Assembly: GCA_050951325.1 (NCBI GenBank)
Contig: JBMNIW010000011.1
Span: forward strand, 86,190-150,189
Length of the DNA: 64,000 nt
Source of the DNA: Clostridia bacterium
GTDB lineage: Bacteria; Bacillota; Clostridia; UBA1212; DUPL01
Direction of reading: 5' to 3'
Shown: in pieces, positions 8,204 to 18,318 of the stretch
Numbering within the stretch: the stretch's first letter is position 1
How the letters are laid out: every line of letters starts with the position of its first letter
Position numbers and translations under genes: made by a program
Notes under the pieces: model-generated
What the model was told of the DNA's origin: nothing
Databases searched by the model: none
Seen by the model: only the letters and a program-made list of their open reading frames with translations

Positions 8204-10720
8204 TTATTTATCCGAAAATTCATACGTCACAGATTCTATGGTCAGTGGCTGACTCTTGTCTATTGGCTCTATCCTTATATGGAAAAATACATATTCGCGG
8301 ACAGGTTCATAAATGTAGCTTCCTCTCACAGAGTAATCTCTGTAAGTGAACTCGCTCATTAAAAATTTGAATGGCGATCTTCCTTTTCCAATGTATTCCA
8401 AGGTATTGGAGTCGAATAAAAAGTTGTTGACAACAATATCAACGTCCTCCACTGTGCTTATATTCAGAACAAGCTGCTTATGCATGATATACTCCCTGGG
8501 TGCACTTATCTCATAAATGGCATAATGCTGGGGATCATCAAGAAACACACTGTCGCCCTTAACCTCTCTAACATAACTGAAGTCTTCTATGAAATTGGGC
8601 AGATATTTTTCCTCGGATTGCAGATCCACATATCCATGCAGGCTTACACTCTGATGAACTATTGTGTTGTTGTATGTCTTGGATGGTTTTCTATCATTAA
8701 TCATGACATTCATATCCGGTCCGTCAACAACAAATCCTGCAATATGCATCTGGGGAGACATGGAGAACTCGGTTGCCCCAAGCTTTCGAGTAAGCAGTTT
8801 CAACAAAAGACCTGCCTTGATACCTTCTTCTCTCCCCAACTGATCTATCAAACTATTTATATGCGGGTCTCCATAGTATCCATATCCATGATTGTATGCG
8901 TTGAACATGGACATTACCCTGTTGCGAACTCTGTCCTGATAGCTATTTTGGATGGTACGTACAGGCGAGTAATTTATATCCACAGTATCAAGGTATTTGA
9001 AATAGTCGAATGTATTCACCTTATCGTAAATTGTTACAACCACCTTTTCCAGGTCATAACCTGTATTGTTCTTTAGCCTGATTGTCATGTTGCCGTTTTC
9101 CCTAACAATGAACTCGGTTTCTATTCTGCCATAGTTCTTTACATCCACAACGGATTCCGCATTGATAAACGACCACATGGTTGCACCTTTGACGGTCGCA
9201 CTGGATTTAATATCCTGTCTGTATTCAACCGATTTGGACTCTTCACTTGTCATATAGTGGTCCGATTCATACTCAAAAAGGTTTGACCCAAACAACGCAT
9301 CATTGTCATAGGAAATCTTGTAATTTCCATTAGAAGAGGTCATGACGGTTGTAGCGACATAGGCAGGCTTTTGCAAATCCGAATACGGATTAAGTTCTAC
9401 AATAGTCAAGGTGCTGGCAACATTGCCGCCTCCTCTAGACAAATAACCGTACATAAAGATGGTTACGGAAAATACTACCACCACTATTGGTATGATTATC
9501 CACATCAGCTCTCGTTTGTCCTTTTTCTTCAGTATTGCATAGGAAACAGGACCAACTATGAGCATGTATACTACAATTATCACTACTATTAGCAGTATTG
9601 ACGGCAGGAAGTTTTCACTCGAATGGCCAAGTATGTTAGCCACAGTATTTCCTGCGGTATAATAGTTATTACCGTCACCATAACCCACAAGGGCATGGGT
9701 GTTGTTCAGAAGAAACTCAAATATATATTCATAGTTGAATGCCCAACTGGTAAACTCGTTATCAGCCAAGGAAAAAGTCAGATAATAAAGGTTGTACTTG
9801 TCATGCTTGTATGCAACAGGCACGCCCTTTACTTCATTTAGTAACTTAAGGTTATTGTCCTTTATTTCAACAATATTCAGCGCTATGTCTTTGGGTATGC
9901 CCCCACCCTGATTGAACCTTGAGACCCACAGCATAACGTTTTCCCTGGTCAGCTCTCCCACATCATTCTCCACATATTCACTCATACCTGAAAAAGCATA
10001 AGTACTGGAACTTCCGGTGCCGAATATTACATATCCACCAGTTTTAATGTAATAGTCAAAAGCATCCTTCTGTTCGCCTGTTAGCGAAGTAATATCGAAA
10101 TCATTGACAAAGATTGCATCGAAAGAATCTATTGCGACCTTGGATACAGGAAAATTATCTGCATCCAGCGCTTCCACCCTCACTGCACTGTTCACATTAA
10201 ACTTGCCCAACATATTTGAATATGCATTAAATTGAATATGCTCCATCTGCATCATATAGTTGAGCGAGTCCCTGTTTTCGGTCATTATGCCTATGTAGGT
10301 TACAGACATGACACCATTGTTGCCTGATTGCACATTGTGGCGGGTGGTTTCATACAGGGTTTTGCCCTTGTCGTTTTCCAGAGTTATTCTATACCTCGTG
10401 TGACCTTTATAATAAACATAAAGGGTTGTTGTCTTGGCTACTTTAGGTGGCAAAACAATAGGAGCGGACGTTCTTACTTCGCTTTCTCCTTCAAAGCTCA
10501 ACACCAGGTTACCTTCAATATTCTTGTTCGTTTTGTTTTCGATAGTAAGATTTACCGGCATCCATCTACCTTCGATTGGCCGATTGTTGTAGCCCATCTC
10601 GACAGATATGTCAAGATCATCCTTGTCCAGTTTGTCTGAAGAAAATAAAGCGTTGACTGAAACTACTGAAGACAATAACACAAGGATAAACACAAGCGCG
10701 ATTGTGACAATTCTTCTCAC
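8204..10720 (-). CDS. Large secreted/membrane protein associated with the ABC exporter (two internal TM helices)
   Basis: 838 aa, signal peptide, GRWMPVNLTIEN, GATase-like segment (FDAIFVNDFDITSLT...GGYVIFG), YMLIVGPVSYAILKKKDKRELMWIIIP TM pair; AGGAGG RBS. Confidence 0.75.
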   Translation of the reverse strand: MRRIVTIALVFILVLLSSVVSVNALFSSDKLDKDDLDISVEMGYNNRPIEGRWMPVNLTIENKTNKNIEGNLVLSFEGESEVRTSAPIVLPPKVAKTTTLYVYYKGHTRYRITLENDKGKTLYETTRHNVQSGNNGVMSVTYIGIMTENRDSLNYMMQMEHIQFNAYSNMLGKFNVNSAVRVEALDADNFPVSKVAIDSFDAIFVNDFDITSLTGEQKDAFDYYIKTGGYVIFGTGSSSTYAFSGMSEYVENDVGELTRENVMLWVSRFNQGGGIPKDIALNIVEIKDNNLKLLNEVKGVPVAYKHDKYNLYYLTFSLADNEFTSWAFNYEYIFEFLLNNTHALVGYGDGNNYYTAGNTVANILGHSSENFLPSILLIVVIIVVYMLIVGPVSYAILKKKDKRELMWIIIPIVVVVFSVTIFMYGYLSRGGGNVASTLTIVELNPYSDLQKPAYVATTVMTSSNGNYKISYDNDALFGSNLFEYESDHYMTSEESKSVEYRQDIKSSATVKGATMWSFINAESVVDVKNYGRIETEFIVRENGNMTIRLKNNTGYDLEKVVVTIYDKVNTFDYFKYLDTVDINYSPVRTIQNSYQDRVRNRVMSMFNAYNHGYGYYGDPHINSLIDQLGREEGIKAGLLLKLLTRKLGATEFSMSPQMHIAGFVVDGPDMNVMINDRKPSKTYNNTIVHQSVSLHGYVDLQSEEKYLPNFIEDFSYVREVKGDSVFLDDPQHYAIYEISAPREYIMHKQLVLNISTVEDVDIVVNNFLFDSNTLEYIGKGRSPFKFLMSEFTYRDYSVRGSYIYEPVREYVFFHIRIEPIDKSQPLTIESVTYEFSDK

Positions 10721-10815
10721 AAATTTTCCTCCTTTGTCATTATGGCATAAACTAGTATATATTCTTTTTGTACCAATTACAATATTATTAGAAAAGATTT
10801 TACAATTTAAGCATC

Positions 10816-10844
10816 TTCACTTAACAAGATTAGAGCATTATAAT
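10816..10844 (+). promoter_or_regulatory. Putative sigma-A promoter of ldh
   Basis: TTCACT-N17-TATAAT. Confidence 0.5.
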
Positions 10845-10931
10845 ACTATGGGGAGAATTTCTCCCTTTAATTTCGACATGTTATATATATTGCATATATA
10901 ACCCATATTTTTAGTAACAAGGAGTAGTATT

Positions 10932-11876
10932 ATGAGAAAGAAAATCAGTATAATAGGTGCCGGCAATGTCGGCGCAACAATTGCATTCACTTTGGCCAGC
11001 CATGGAATTGCATCAGAAATAGTTTTGATTGATATCAATAAAAACAAGGCAAGAGGAGAAGCCATGGATATACTCCAAGGGCTTGTCATGAACACTCCAA
11101 TTGACATCTATGCCGGCGAATATGAATGCGTAAAAGATTCCGACATCGTTATTGTCACAATGGGGCTTGCAAGAAAACCTGGACAGACAAGACTTGATCT
11201 TGCCCAGCAAAATGTAAACATAACAAAAGATGTCATGGCGAATATAATAAAATATGCTCCGGATGCATTATACGTTGTAGTAAGTAATCCAGTGGATATA
11301 ATAACATATACATTGATAAAGGCTTGCGGCATTCCTGCCGAAAGAGTTATTGGAACAGGTACGCTTCTTGACACAGCCAGACTTCGGTCTATCATTGCAG
11401 ACAGAGTAAATTTAAGCGGCCGAAACGTGCACGCTTATGTGTTTGGAGAGCACGGAGACACCTCCGTTATCCCCTGGTCCATTACATCAATCGCAGGGAT
11501 TGACCTTGTAACCTTTATAAAGGAGGACAAGGATATTCCAAACCAATATCTTGAACAGCTTCAACTGATTGAGAAAGATGTGAGAACGTCAGGAGCAAAG
11601 ATAATTGAATACAAGGGAGCAACTTTCTATGCAATATCCCTTGCAGTCAAGACTTTGTGCGAAAGCATCAAGATGGACAATAATTCAATACTTACTGTAT
11701 CCACCATGCTCTCAGGACAATACGGCATAGAAGATGTTTGCCTGAGTATCCCAACCGTTATTGGAGCAAAGGGAGTTTTGAGATATATAACCCCCGCACT
11801 AAGCGAAGAGGAGCACAAAGCACTTATGCACAGCGCAGAGAGCCTTAAAAAAGTCATAAAGGAACTAGATATATAA
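10932..11876 (+). CDS. ldh: L-lactate dehydrogenase
   Basis: GAGNVG Rossmann motif, ARKPGQTRLDL loop, NPVD, GTLLDTARLR, GEHGD, KGATFYAI. Confidence 0.9.
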   Translation: MRKKISIIGAGNVGATIAFTLASHGIASEIVLIDINKNKARGEAMDILQGLVMNTPIDIYAGEYECVKDSDIVIVTMGLARKPGQTRLDLAQQNVNITKDVMANIIKYAPDALYVVVSNPVDIITYTLIKACGIPAERVIGTGTLLDTARLRSIIADRVNLSGRNVHAYVFGEHGDTSVIPWSITSIAGIDLVTFIKEDKDIPNQYLEQLQLIEKDVRTSGAKIIEYKGATFYAISLAVKTLCESIKMDNNSILTVSTMLSGQYGIEDVCLSIPTVIGAKGVLRYITPALSEEEHKALMHSAESLKKVIKELDI

Positions 11877-11899
11877 ACACTCGCAAAGGAGCGACAAAG

Positions 11900-13279
11900 A
11901 TGGAGCAGAAATACAGGGAATTTCAAGCCAAAAGGATGAAGATATTTGGCGAACTAGTAAAAAGATACTGGAACAACGAACTTACAACATCTTCCGATCT
12001 CGAAAAGCTTGCTTTGGATGTAAAGAGCACATTAGGTTTTTCAGACGATGATTTACCCTTCATTAAAGAACATATAAGGATTGCTATGGGACTTGACCCA
12101 AGAGGAGACAAGGCTTTTGAAAACGAGCTTGACCTGGTAAGGAAATCAAAATCCGTAGGACTTCCTGTAGTCTCCAGAATCGGATTGGTTTGCGAAAACT
12201 GCAACAACGAGACATGCAGATGCACCACCTCATTGTATGAGTCGGACATATACAGAAAGCAGGCTGCAGAGGACGATTGTATTGACTGTGGCAACTGTAT
12301 CCCTTCCTGTGATTTGGGAGCCATTGCAGACAAGATTGAGTTTCTTCCGGTAATTGAACTGCTTAAGAACAAGCAGCACCCTGTATTTGCCGTTGTTGCT
12401 CCATCCATAGCAGGACAGTTTGGTGACAATGTCCAGCTGGGGCAGCTTAGAACCGCTTTTAAAATAATGGGCTTTGACGATATGATTGAGGTATCCTTGT
12501 TTGCGGACATACTAACCATCGTTGAAGCCTTGGAGTTCAACAAACTGGTTACAACACAAAAGGATATCTTTCTAACCAGCTGCTGTTGCCCTGTGTGGTT
12601 CAACCTGATAAAGAAAGGATATCCGGAACTGGTTGACAGAATGTCACCTTCAGTGTCCCCTATGATTGCATCCGGAAGAATCCTTAAAGAGCTGTACAAG
12701 GATGCAAAGGTTGTATTTTTTGCTCCATGCATTGCAAAGAAAGCTGAAATGAAGGAAAAGGACCTTGTAGGTAGTATAGATTTTGTAGTAAACTTTACAG
12801 AACTCGCAGAAATATTCAAAGCTCTTGAGATAAATGTCTCCACCTTGCCTTCAGACGAAAAGGATCAGGCTTCCTTTGTAGGAAGGCTTTATGCCCGTAC
12901 TGGCGGAGTAAGTCTTAGCGTAAAGTCTGTAGTTAACAGACTTGAACCTACAAGACTTATTAAACTAAAGGCAAAACAGGTCGATGGAGTTAAAAACTTG
13001 CGAGAGGCTTTGAACTCATTAAAGGAAAACAAAGAAGAACCTCATGAGTTCAATTTCCTTGAAGGCATGGGATGTCTCGGAGGATGCGTCGGTGGTCCGA
13101 GAACCGTAATTGATATGGAATCAGGAACAAGGTATGCAAACCAGTTTGGTGAAGACTCTGTTATTATGACTCCTTTTGATAATGTAAATGTTATGAAGAT
13201 ACTTAAACAGCTGGGCATTAACTCGATTGAGGAACTCATAACGAATGAAAGAGCAAAGAAGCTTTTAATTAGAGAATAA
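11900..13279 (+). CDS. Monomeric [FeFe]-hydrogenase (group B-like, TSCCCP motif)
   Basis: H-cluster motifs TSCCCPVW, APCIAKKAE and EGMGCLGGCVGGP; N-terminal ferredoxin Cys motifs (CENC...C, CIDCGNCIPSC). Confidence 0.88.
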   Translation: MEQKYREFQAKRMKIFGELVKRYWNNELTTSSDLEKLALDVKSTLGFSDDDLPFIKEHIRIAMGLDPRGDKAFENELDLVRKSKSVGLPVVSRIGLVCENCNNETCRCTTSLYESDIYRKQAAEDDCIDCGNCIPSCDLGAIADKIEFLPVIELLKNKQHPVFAVVAPSIAGQFGDNVQLGQLRTAFKIMGFDDMIEVSLFADILTIVEALEFNKLVTTQKDIFLTSCCCPVWFNLIKKGYPELVDRMSPSVSPMIASGRILKELYKDAKVVFFAPCIAKKAEMKEKDLVGSIDFVVNFTELAEIFKALEINVSTLPSDEKDQASFVGRLYARTGGVSLSVKSVVNRLEPTRLIKLKAKQVDGVKNLREALNSLKENKEEPHEFNFLEGMGCLGGCVGGPRTVIDMESGTRYANQFGEDSVIMTPFDNVNVMKILKQLGINSIEELITNERAKKLLIRE

Positions 13280-13285
13280 AAATTT

Positions 13286-13318
13286 AAAAGGATGCATCTT
13301 GAATTTGATGCATCCTTT
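13286..13318. terminator. Bidirectional terminator hairpin
   Basis: AAAGGATGCATC-TTGAATTT-GATGCATCCTTT. Confidence 0.75.
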
Positions 13319-13328
13319 AATCTTTCCC

Positions 13329-15173
13329 TTATTTCTTAACTTCACTGAAGATATAGTTAAGTCTTCCGTAAGGAGCGCAGTCACCGTGGAGGTAGAAGGA
13401 GAATATGTCTCCTTGATCGTTTTCAAGCTGATAATTGTCAGCCCATTTGAACCTTATATCCACAAGTTCGTTGCTGGAAATATCCAATAAGGATTTCGGC
13501 ACTTTCAACATGAGCTTGTTGCCTTCAACTTTCATCTCAGCCTTGCCTACCTCTGTCCAGTTCCAGCCACCTTCAGACTTTTCAACCACTGCTTCATTTT
13601 CTGACGGGGACTTGCGGTTAATGACAAAGTCGTAGCCTTCCCAGTTCTTTTCTCCACCCGTACTTATAAACAGATTCATCCACTGTGGATCTGATGACGG
13701 TGTTATATCCTCAACAGTCTGAACATAGAAGTAGATGTTATTCTTGTCTCTTGCCACCTTCATCAGTTCAAAGTCATTCCTACCGGTTTCGTCAGTATAT
13801 CTGAGTCTGTTCTTTCCAACACCAAAACCATTGGCATCTCTGTCTACTGTATCGCCTGTATAGTCTTTGTAAACTGCTGGGACATTGTTCCACTGTTCAA
13901 AGCCGCCATTAACGTCAATTGTAATATTGTCCCCCACATTGACTCTTGGTGCCACACCTTTGAACTTCCTTATGTAATACATCATCTGCATATAGTAGTT
14001 GTCGCCAAAACCGCCTTTCATTGGCTCTGCGTCACGGCTGTTATTGGGGTCGGCACAGTCAACAAAAACGATAGGCTCATTTGGGTTATTGGATGGCTGA
14101 CGCTGTGCAACCCATTCATTCCAACCGGTTATGAAGATTATCTTTGGATCATTCTGGATTGCATATTCAAACTCGTTTGCAAAATTGTATCCATACAGGA
14201 ATGCATCTGGAGACTGATCATTTTCTCCGTCACGCCAGCTTCTGGTTCTGTTGTCGGTTGGATCATACCATGCAGAACGACTGAATCTAACCGACTTATT
14301 GTGCTGTGCAAGAGACACGCTCATTACCTCGGCTTCTCCCTTGCTGTTTCTGAATACCCATTGTTTTTCCTCGAAGTTCATCCATGGGAATCCGTCTTCA
14401 TGGTGCACAAACTCTCCGTCTTTAACTTCATTTGGCCATTGGGATTTCTTTATTCTGAAGAATTCCTTTACCTCCGGTTTCAGTGTAGCATCATCAGGAT
14501 GTCCAATAGCAAGAGGTTTTCCTTCCCAGAAGAACCACAAATGTTCATATTCAGGATACTTTTCGTAAATATCCTTGTAAATTGTATTTAATGTTTGCCC
14601 GGATGCGGAGTTGGTATAAAATGATATTTTGGGAACATTCCATCCTTGCTGATAGTAGTGGTCGAGAACCTTGAGCAGCTTTAAAGCTTGTGCGGAATAT
14701 GTATAACCGTTAGTTGTGTCAAAGGTTAGGAAATCAACTCCAGCATCAGTCAGCATCTGCACATGCTTATGCATTACCCAAACGTCATCCGATGTGTAGT
14801 AGCCAAACAGTGGTTCAGCCCAGAAATGATGTGCTCCTACAGGACCGCCGCCTGCTGCTATCCAGTTCTTTTCAGAAAGTATGGCATCAGGATTATTCGT
14901 TACTATCTTCCAGTTGTCATGCGGACCTGACAGCCCATGCTGGCCTTGCCACAGGAAGTAAAATACGCCTACATACCTGTCTTCTCTTGGCGCAGGAGCC
15001 TCTCCGTACTCAGGCAGCACTCTTCCTAAGGAATCCACGCCTGCCAAGGTACCGTTTTCTTCTGCAAATGGTCCTTCATATTTTACCGGACCCTTTTGTC
15101 CTCCTACACAGCCAACAAAAGTGACCAACATTGTAATCACAATTAAATACATTATCAACCTTTTGCGAGCCAT
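13329..15173 (-). CDS. Lipoprotein GH99/GH71-like glycoside hydrolase (paralog of 130..2085)
   Basis: Lipobox FVGC; VGVFYFLW, EPLFGYYTSDD, AGVDFLTFDTTN, ITGWNEW, GFGDNYYMQM and PYGRLNY all shared with 130..2085. Confidence 0.72.
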   Translation of the reverse strand: MARKRLIMYLIVITMLVTFVGCVGGQKGPVKYEGPFAEENGTLAGVDSLGRVLPEYGEAPAPREDRYVGVFYFLWQGQHGLSGPHDNWKIVTNNPDAILSEKNWIAAGGGPVGAHHFWAEPLFGYYTSDDVWVMHKHVQMLTDAGVDFLTFDTTNGYTYSAQALKLLKVLDHYYQQGWNVPKISFYTNSASGQTLNTIYKDIYEKYPEYEHLWFFWEGKPLAIGHPDDATLKPEVKEFFRIKKSQWPNEVKDGEFVHHEDGFPWMNFEEKQWVFRNSKGEAEVMSVSLAQHNKSVRFSRSAWYDPTDNRTRSWRDGENDQSPDAFLYGYNFANEFEYAIQNDPKIIFITGWNEWVAQRQPSNNPNEPIVFVDCADPNNSRDAEPMKGGFGDNYYMQMMYYIRKFKGVAPRVNVGDNITIDVNGGFEQWNNVPAVYKDYTGDTVDRDANGFGVGKNRLRYTDETGRNDFELMKVARDKNNIYFYVQTVEDITPSSDPQWMNLFISTGGEKNWEGYDFVINRKSPSENEAVVEKSEGGWNWTEVGKAEMKVEGNKLMLKVPKSLLDISSNELVDIRFKWADNYQLENDQGDIFSFYLHGDCAPYGRLNYIFSEVKK

Positions 15174-15288
15174 CTTAATACTCCCTTCACTTATTATTCA
15201 ACTAAATTATATAACATTGTTGCGAGTATGTAAACTAATATAACTGTTTAATAATTGGTAATATCAACTTTTTAATATGCAAATAGTA

Positions 15289-15354
15289 TTGACATAATAT
15301 TATAGGTAATATAATATATTGACAGAATAATATTATACGGCGTATAATATTATT
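15289..15354 (+). promoter_or_regulatory. Tandem sigma-A promoters with a perfect palindromic operator
   Basis: TTGACA at 15289 and 15319; TAATAT at 15312 and TATAAT at 15343; perfect inverted repeat AATAATATTATACG-G-CGTATAATATTATT at 15326-15354. Confidence 0.75.
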
Positions 15355-15385
15355 GAATTTTATCATTAACACATGAGGTGACGAC

Positions 15386-15712
15386 ATGGCATTTAATGTA
15401 ACCACAACTCTGTTGGATGCGCTTGTTCTATCCGTGGTTTCCAAAGAGGATACCTATGGATATAAAATAACACAGGAAGTAAAGGAAGCTATCGACATTT
15501 CCGATTCCACGTTGTATCCTGTACTGAGGAGGCTGCAAAAAGACGACTGTCTTAACATCTACGATGTGGAGCATTCAGGCAGAAACCGCAGATATTACAA
15601 AATCACCAACAAGGGAAAACTCCAGCTCGCCTTATACAGGGAGGAATGGGAAATCTTCAAAAAGAAAATCGACTATGTGCTAAAAGGAGACGATGATGAT
15701 GAACAGGTTTGA
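15386..15712 (+). CDS. PadR-family transcriptional regulator
   Basis: DTYGYKITQEV...STLYPVLRRL...GRNRRYYKITNKG. Confidence 0.93.
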   Translation: MAFNVTTTLLDALVLSVVSKEDTYGYKITQEVKEAIDISDSTLYPVLRRLQKDDCLNIYDVEHSGRNRRYYKITNKGKLQLALYREEWEIFKKKIDYVLKGDDDDEQV

Positions 15713-16394
15713 TGAAATACCAAACAGCAAGGATGAATTCCTGCAAAGCTTGGAGATGCTGCTTGCTCCCCTTTCTGAAACCGAGAGAAAGGATGCCTTG
15801 TCATTTTACCTGGAATACTTCGATGAAGCAGGTTCCGAGAATGAAATGAGCGTTCTCAATCAGCTGGGCTCTCCAAAGTCTGTTGCAGACAAAATCCTTT
15901 CAGAAAGCGGATATGTCACGGAGGTGGATGAGGAAAAGAATGAGGGTGAAAATGATAAAAAGGAAGAAACCATAAAATCAAACACCCCCATTTCAAATAC
16001 AAAATCCTCCATCAAAAAAAACCCTGCATTACTCATACTTATTGTAATTGCAGCAATACTTACATTCCCCATATGGATATCCGTTATTGGAGTAATAATC
16101 GGGTTGATTGGTGCTTTAATAGGAATTTTGTTTGGCATATTTGGAGCCGCCCTGGGTCTTCTTATTGGTGGTATTGTAACATCAATTGTAGGTGCGGTGG
16201 CTATTGCAAGTTCAGTATTTGACGGTCTTTTAGCGCTTGGAATAGGACTTGTAATGTTCGGCATAGGGCTTTTATTAATACCACTACTGGTAAAGTTATG
16301 CGTTACAGTCATTCCCGCAGTTATCAGATTCGTTATAGATATTGTCAAATTACCCTTTAGAAGGAAGGTGAATATACATGAAAACGTTGTTTAA
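15693..16394 (+). CDS. DUF1700 (HAAS) membrane protein
   Basis: EFLQSLEMLLAPLSETERKDALSFYLEYFDEAG...LGSPKSVA followed by TM helices. Confidence 0.85.
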   Translation: MMMNRFDEIPNSKDEFLQSLEMLLAPLSETERKDALSFYLEYFDEAGSENEMSVLNQLGSPKSVADKILSESGYVTEVDEEKNEGENDKKEETIKSNTPISNTKSSIKKNPALLILIVIAAILTFPIWISVIGVIIGLIGALIGILFGIFGAALGLLIGGIVTSIVGAVAIASSVFDGLLALGIGLVMFGIGLLLIPLLVKLCVTVIPAVIRFVIDIVKLPFRRKVNIHENVV

Positions 16395-17154
16395 AGTCAC
16401 TATTATTGCCGCATGCGTTTTTATTATCTTCGGCATTGCACTTTCTATTGTTGCATTTGTACACGGAGGTCGTTTGATTGGCAACCTGGGATACTACAAA
16501 ACCGGTTCTTTTGAAAAAGAGTATACCGATGTATCCTCAATAGACTTTGACTTTGCTGCCTGCGATGTGAAGATAAAGACAGGCAGTGGTGATACTTTTA
16601 AAATCAAGGGGAAAAATATTCCGCTTGACTTGTTGCACTCCAAGGTTGAAAATGGTACTTGGTCAATAGAGTTCAAAGAGACCAGAAGAAGCTGGAGAAG
16701 ATTTTTAGGAATAAGCATATATAATAGCATGAGTATTGAAATTACTCTTCCGAAACACCATTCCTTTGATGAGGCAACCATAAGCGGAGGTGCAGCGGCT
16801 ATAGAAATTGAGAACCTGAATGCCAAAGAAGTGGAACTTGACATAGGCGCTGGTACCATACATGTTGACAAACTGTATGCAAAAGAGCTAAAGTCTGCAA
16901 CCGGTGTTGGCGATACAATAATCGAAGGCAGAATTGACGGCGATGTGGAAATTTCCTGCAGCGTTGGAAATGTGGAACTTGAACTCGACAACCATCCCAA
17001 AGATTTCAACTACAAGATAAATGTATCAATTGGAACGGTTGATGTTGAAGGTGTAAGTCTATCCAAATCTTCATCCCAGAATATTTTCAACGATGCGGAT
17101 TACACTATGACGATTGACTGCAGTGTTGGTTCTGTGGATATTAAATTTGACTAA
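16378..17154 (+). CDS. DUF4097 (toastrack) beta-strand repeat protein
   Basis: N-terminal TM helix and repeated xSVGxVxI beta-strand units. Confidence 0.8.
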   Translation: MKTLFKVTIIAACVFIIFGIALSIVAFVHGGRLIGNLGYYKTGSFEKEYTDVSSIDFDFAACDVKIKTGSGDTFKIKGKNIPLDLLHSKVENGTWSIEFKETRRSWRRFLGISIYNSMSIEITLPKHHSFDEATISGGAAAIEIENLNAKEVELDIGAGTIHVDKLYAKELKSATGVGDTIIEGRIDGDVEISCSVGNVELELDNHPKDFNYKINVSIGTVDVEGVSLSKSSSQNIFNDADYTMTIDCSVGSVDIKFD

Positions 17155-17170
17155 GGAGGAATGTATTTAA

Positions 17171-17368
17171 ATGGAAACAAAGAAACTTTACAAAAGCAGA
17201 GAAAAAATGATTGCAGGAGTGTGTGGGGGTATTGCAGAATACATTAACATAGACCCCACATTGGTAAGGCTTGCATGGGTGCTTTTGTTTTTTGCAGGCT
17301 GCACAGGTCTCCTTGCATATATTGTTGCTGCAATAATCATGCCAGAAAAACCTGCGGAATTAAATTGA
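17171..17368 (+). CDS. pspC: PspC domain protein
   Basis: KKLYKSREKMIAGVCGGIAEYINIDPTLVRL...YIVAAIIMP. Confidence 0.92.
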   Translation: METKKLYKSREKMIAGVCGGIAEYINIDPTLVRLAWVLLFFAGCTGLLAYIVAAIIMPEKPAELN

Positions 17369-18256
17369 ATGCACGCAGATTTCTGGTCTCGACCTAAAGC
17401 GGAGTGGCAATAATGTGCACCCTACTCCACTTGTGATATACATGTTATTACCATTGTATTCATACCTACCGTAAACATATCCCTGATGCGGCAGTTTGTC
17501 TCCTCTTAGCAGTTTGAATTCCAATCTGAAAGGAAGCCAGATCTGCCCGCCGTGGGTATGGCCGAATAAGAACAAATCCGCTTTTCTCTCATTTATATAT
17601 ATCATTACATCCGGATTGTGGGATGCAACTATTAAAGTTGCATTCTCTTTTTTTGCCTTCTTGTTCCACAAGTCCAAAAATTCACCAATGTACTCTTCCT
17701 TGTCCTTTCCTTCTCCCGGAACTTCATAGCTTTTGTCGTCCCGATGATCGCATAACCCTGCGATAACAAACTTTCTTTCATAAGTTTCGTATATGCAATA
17801 ATCATTCTCCAATACTCTAATGTATGGCGATATATTTTCCAAGGCATTTATATACGCACTCTTGGCCAAGGGTTCATCGTTGAACAATATATTGTCGTGA
17901 TTCCCCAGGGTTATGTATATGGGGCATCTTGCGCTATTTGACAGCATGTACAAAAAAGTTTCCAGTTTTCCCAGATGTCCTTTTAAACATAAATCCCCCG
18001 TTATTACCACAAAGTGCGGTCTTTCATCATGTATTATTCCGCAAATTTTCTTGAAACTTACCTGATGCATCGGGATATGAAGGTCGGATATGTGTATGAA
18101 GTTGACAAGGTTGTCTCCTTCTCCAAACCTCGTCCTTGTGATCTTCACATTCGACGCCTGCTTCTTCATAATGATAATCACCATGAGTGCCACCATTACA
18201 AGACAGAAAAGCAAAATCGCAATGTTCTCAAGAAAAACCCTAAGCGTATTTTCCAT
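17360..18256 (-). CDS. Calcineurin-like metallophosphoesterase (YkuE-like)
   Basis: HISDLH, ITGD, LGNHD, SHNPD, GHTHGGQ. Confidence 0.9.
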   Translation of the reverse strand: MENTLRVFLENIAILLFCLVMVALMVIIIMKKQASNVKITRTRFGEGDNLVNFIHISDLHIPMHQVSFKKICGIIHDERPHFVVITGDLCLKGHLGKLETFLYMLSNSARCPIYITLGNHDNILFNDEPLAKSAYINALENISPYIRVLENDYCIYETYERKFVIAGLCDHRDDKSYEVPGEGKDKEEYIGEFLDLWNKKAKKENATLIVASHNPDVMIYINERKADLFLFGHTHGGQIWLPFRLEFKLLRGDKLPHQGYVYGRYEYNGNNMYITSGVGCTLLPLRFRSRPEICVHSI

Positions 18257-18282
18257 ATTTGAAATCTTTCCCCCTATTTAAA

Positions 18283-18309
18283 TATCCCTCCATTTAAAAC
18301 AGAGGGATA
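18283..18309 (-). terminator. Possible terminator after the cohesin operon
   Basis: TATCCCTC...GAGGGATA inverted repeat. Confidence 0.45.
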
Positions 18310-18318
18310 CGTTAAAAG

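Noticed and set aside
11923-12843. 306-aa minus-strand ORF
   Set aside because: Antisense shadow of the hydrogenase; Ser-rich with no recognisable domain
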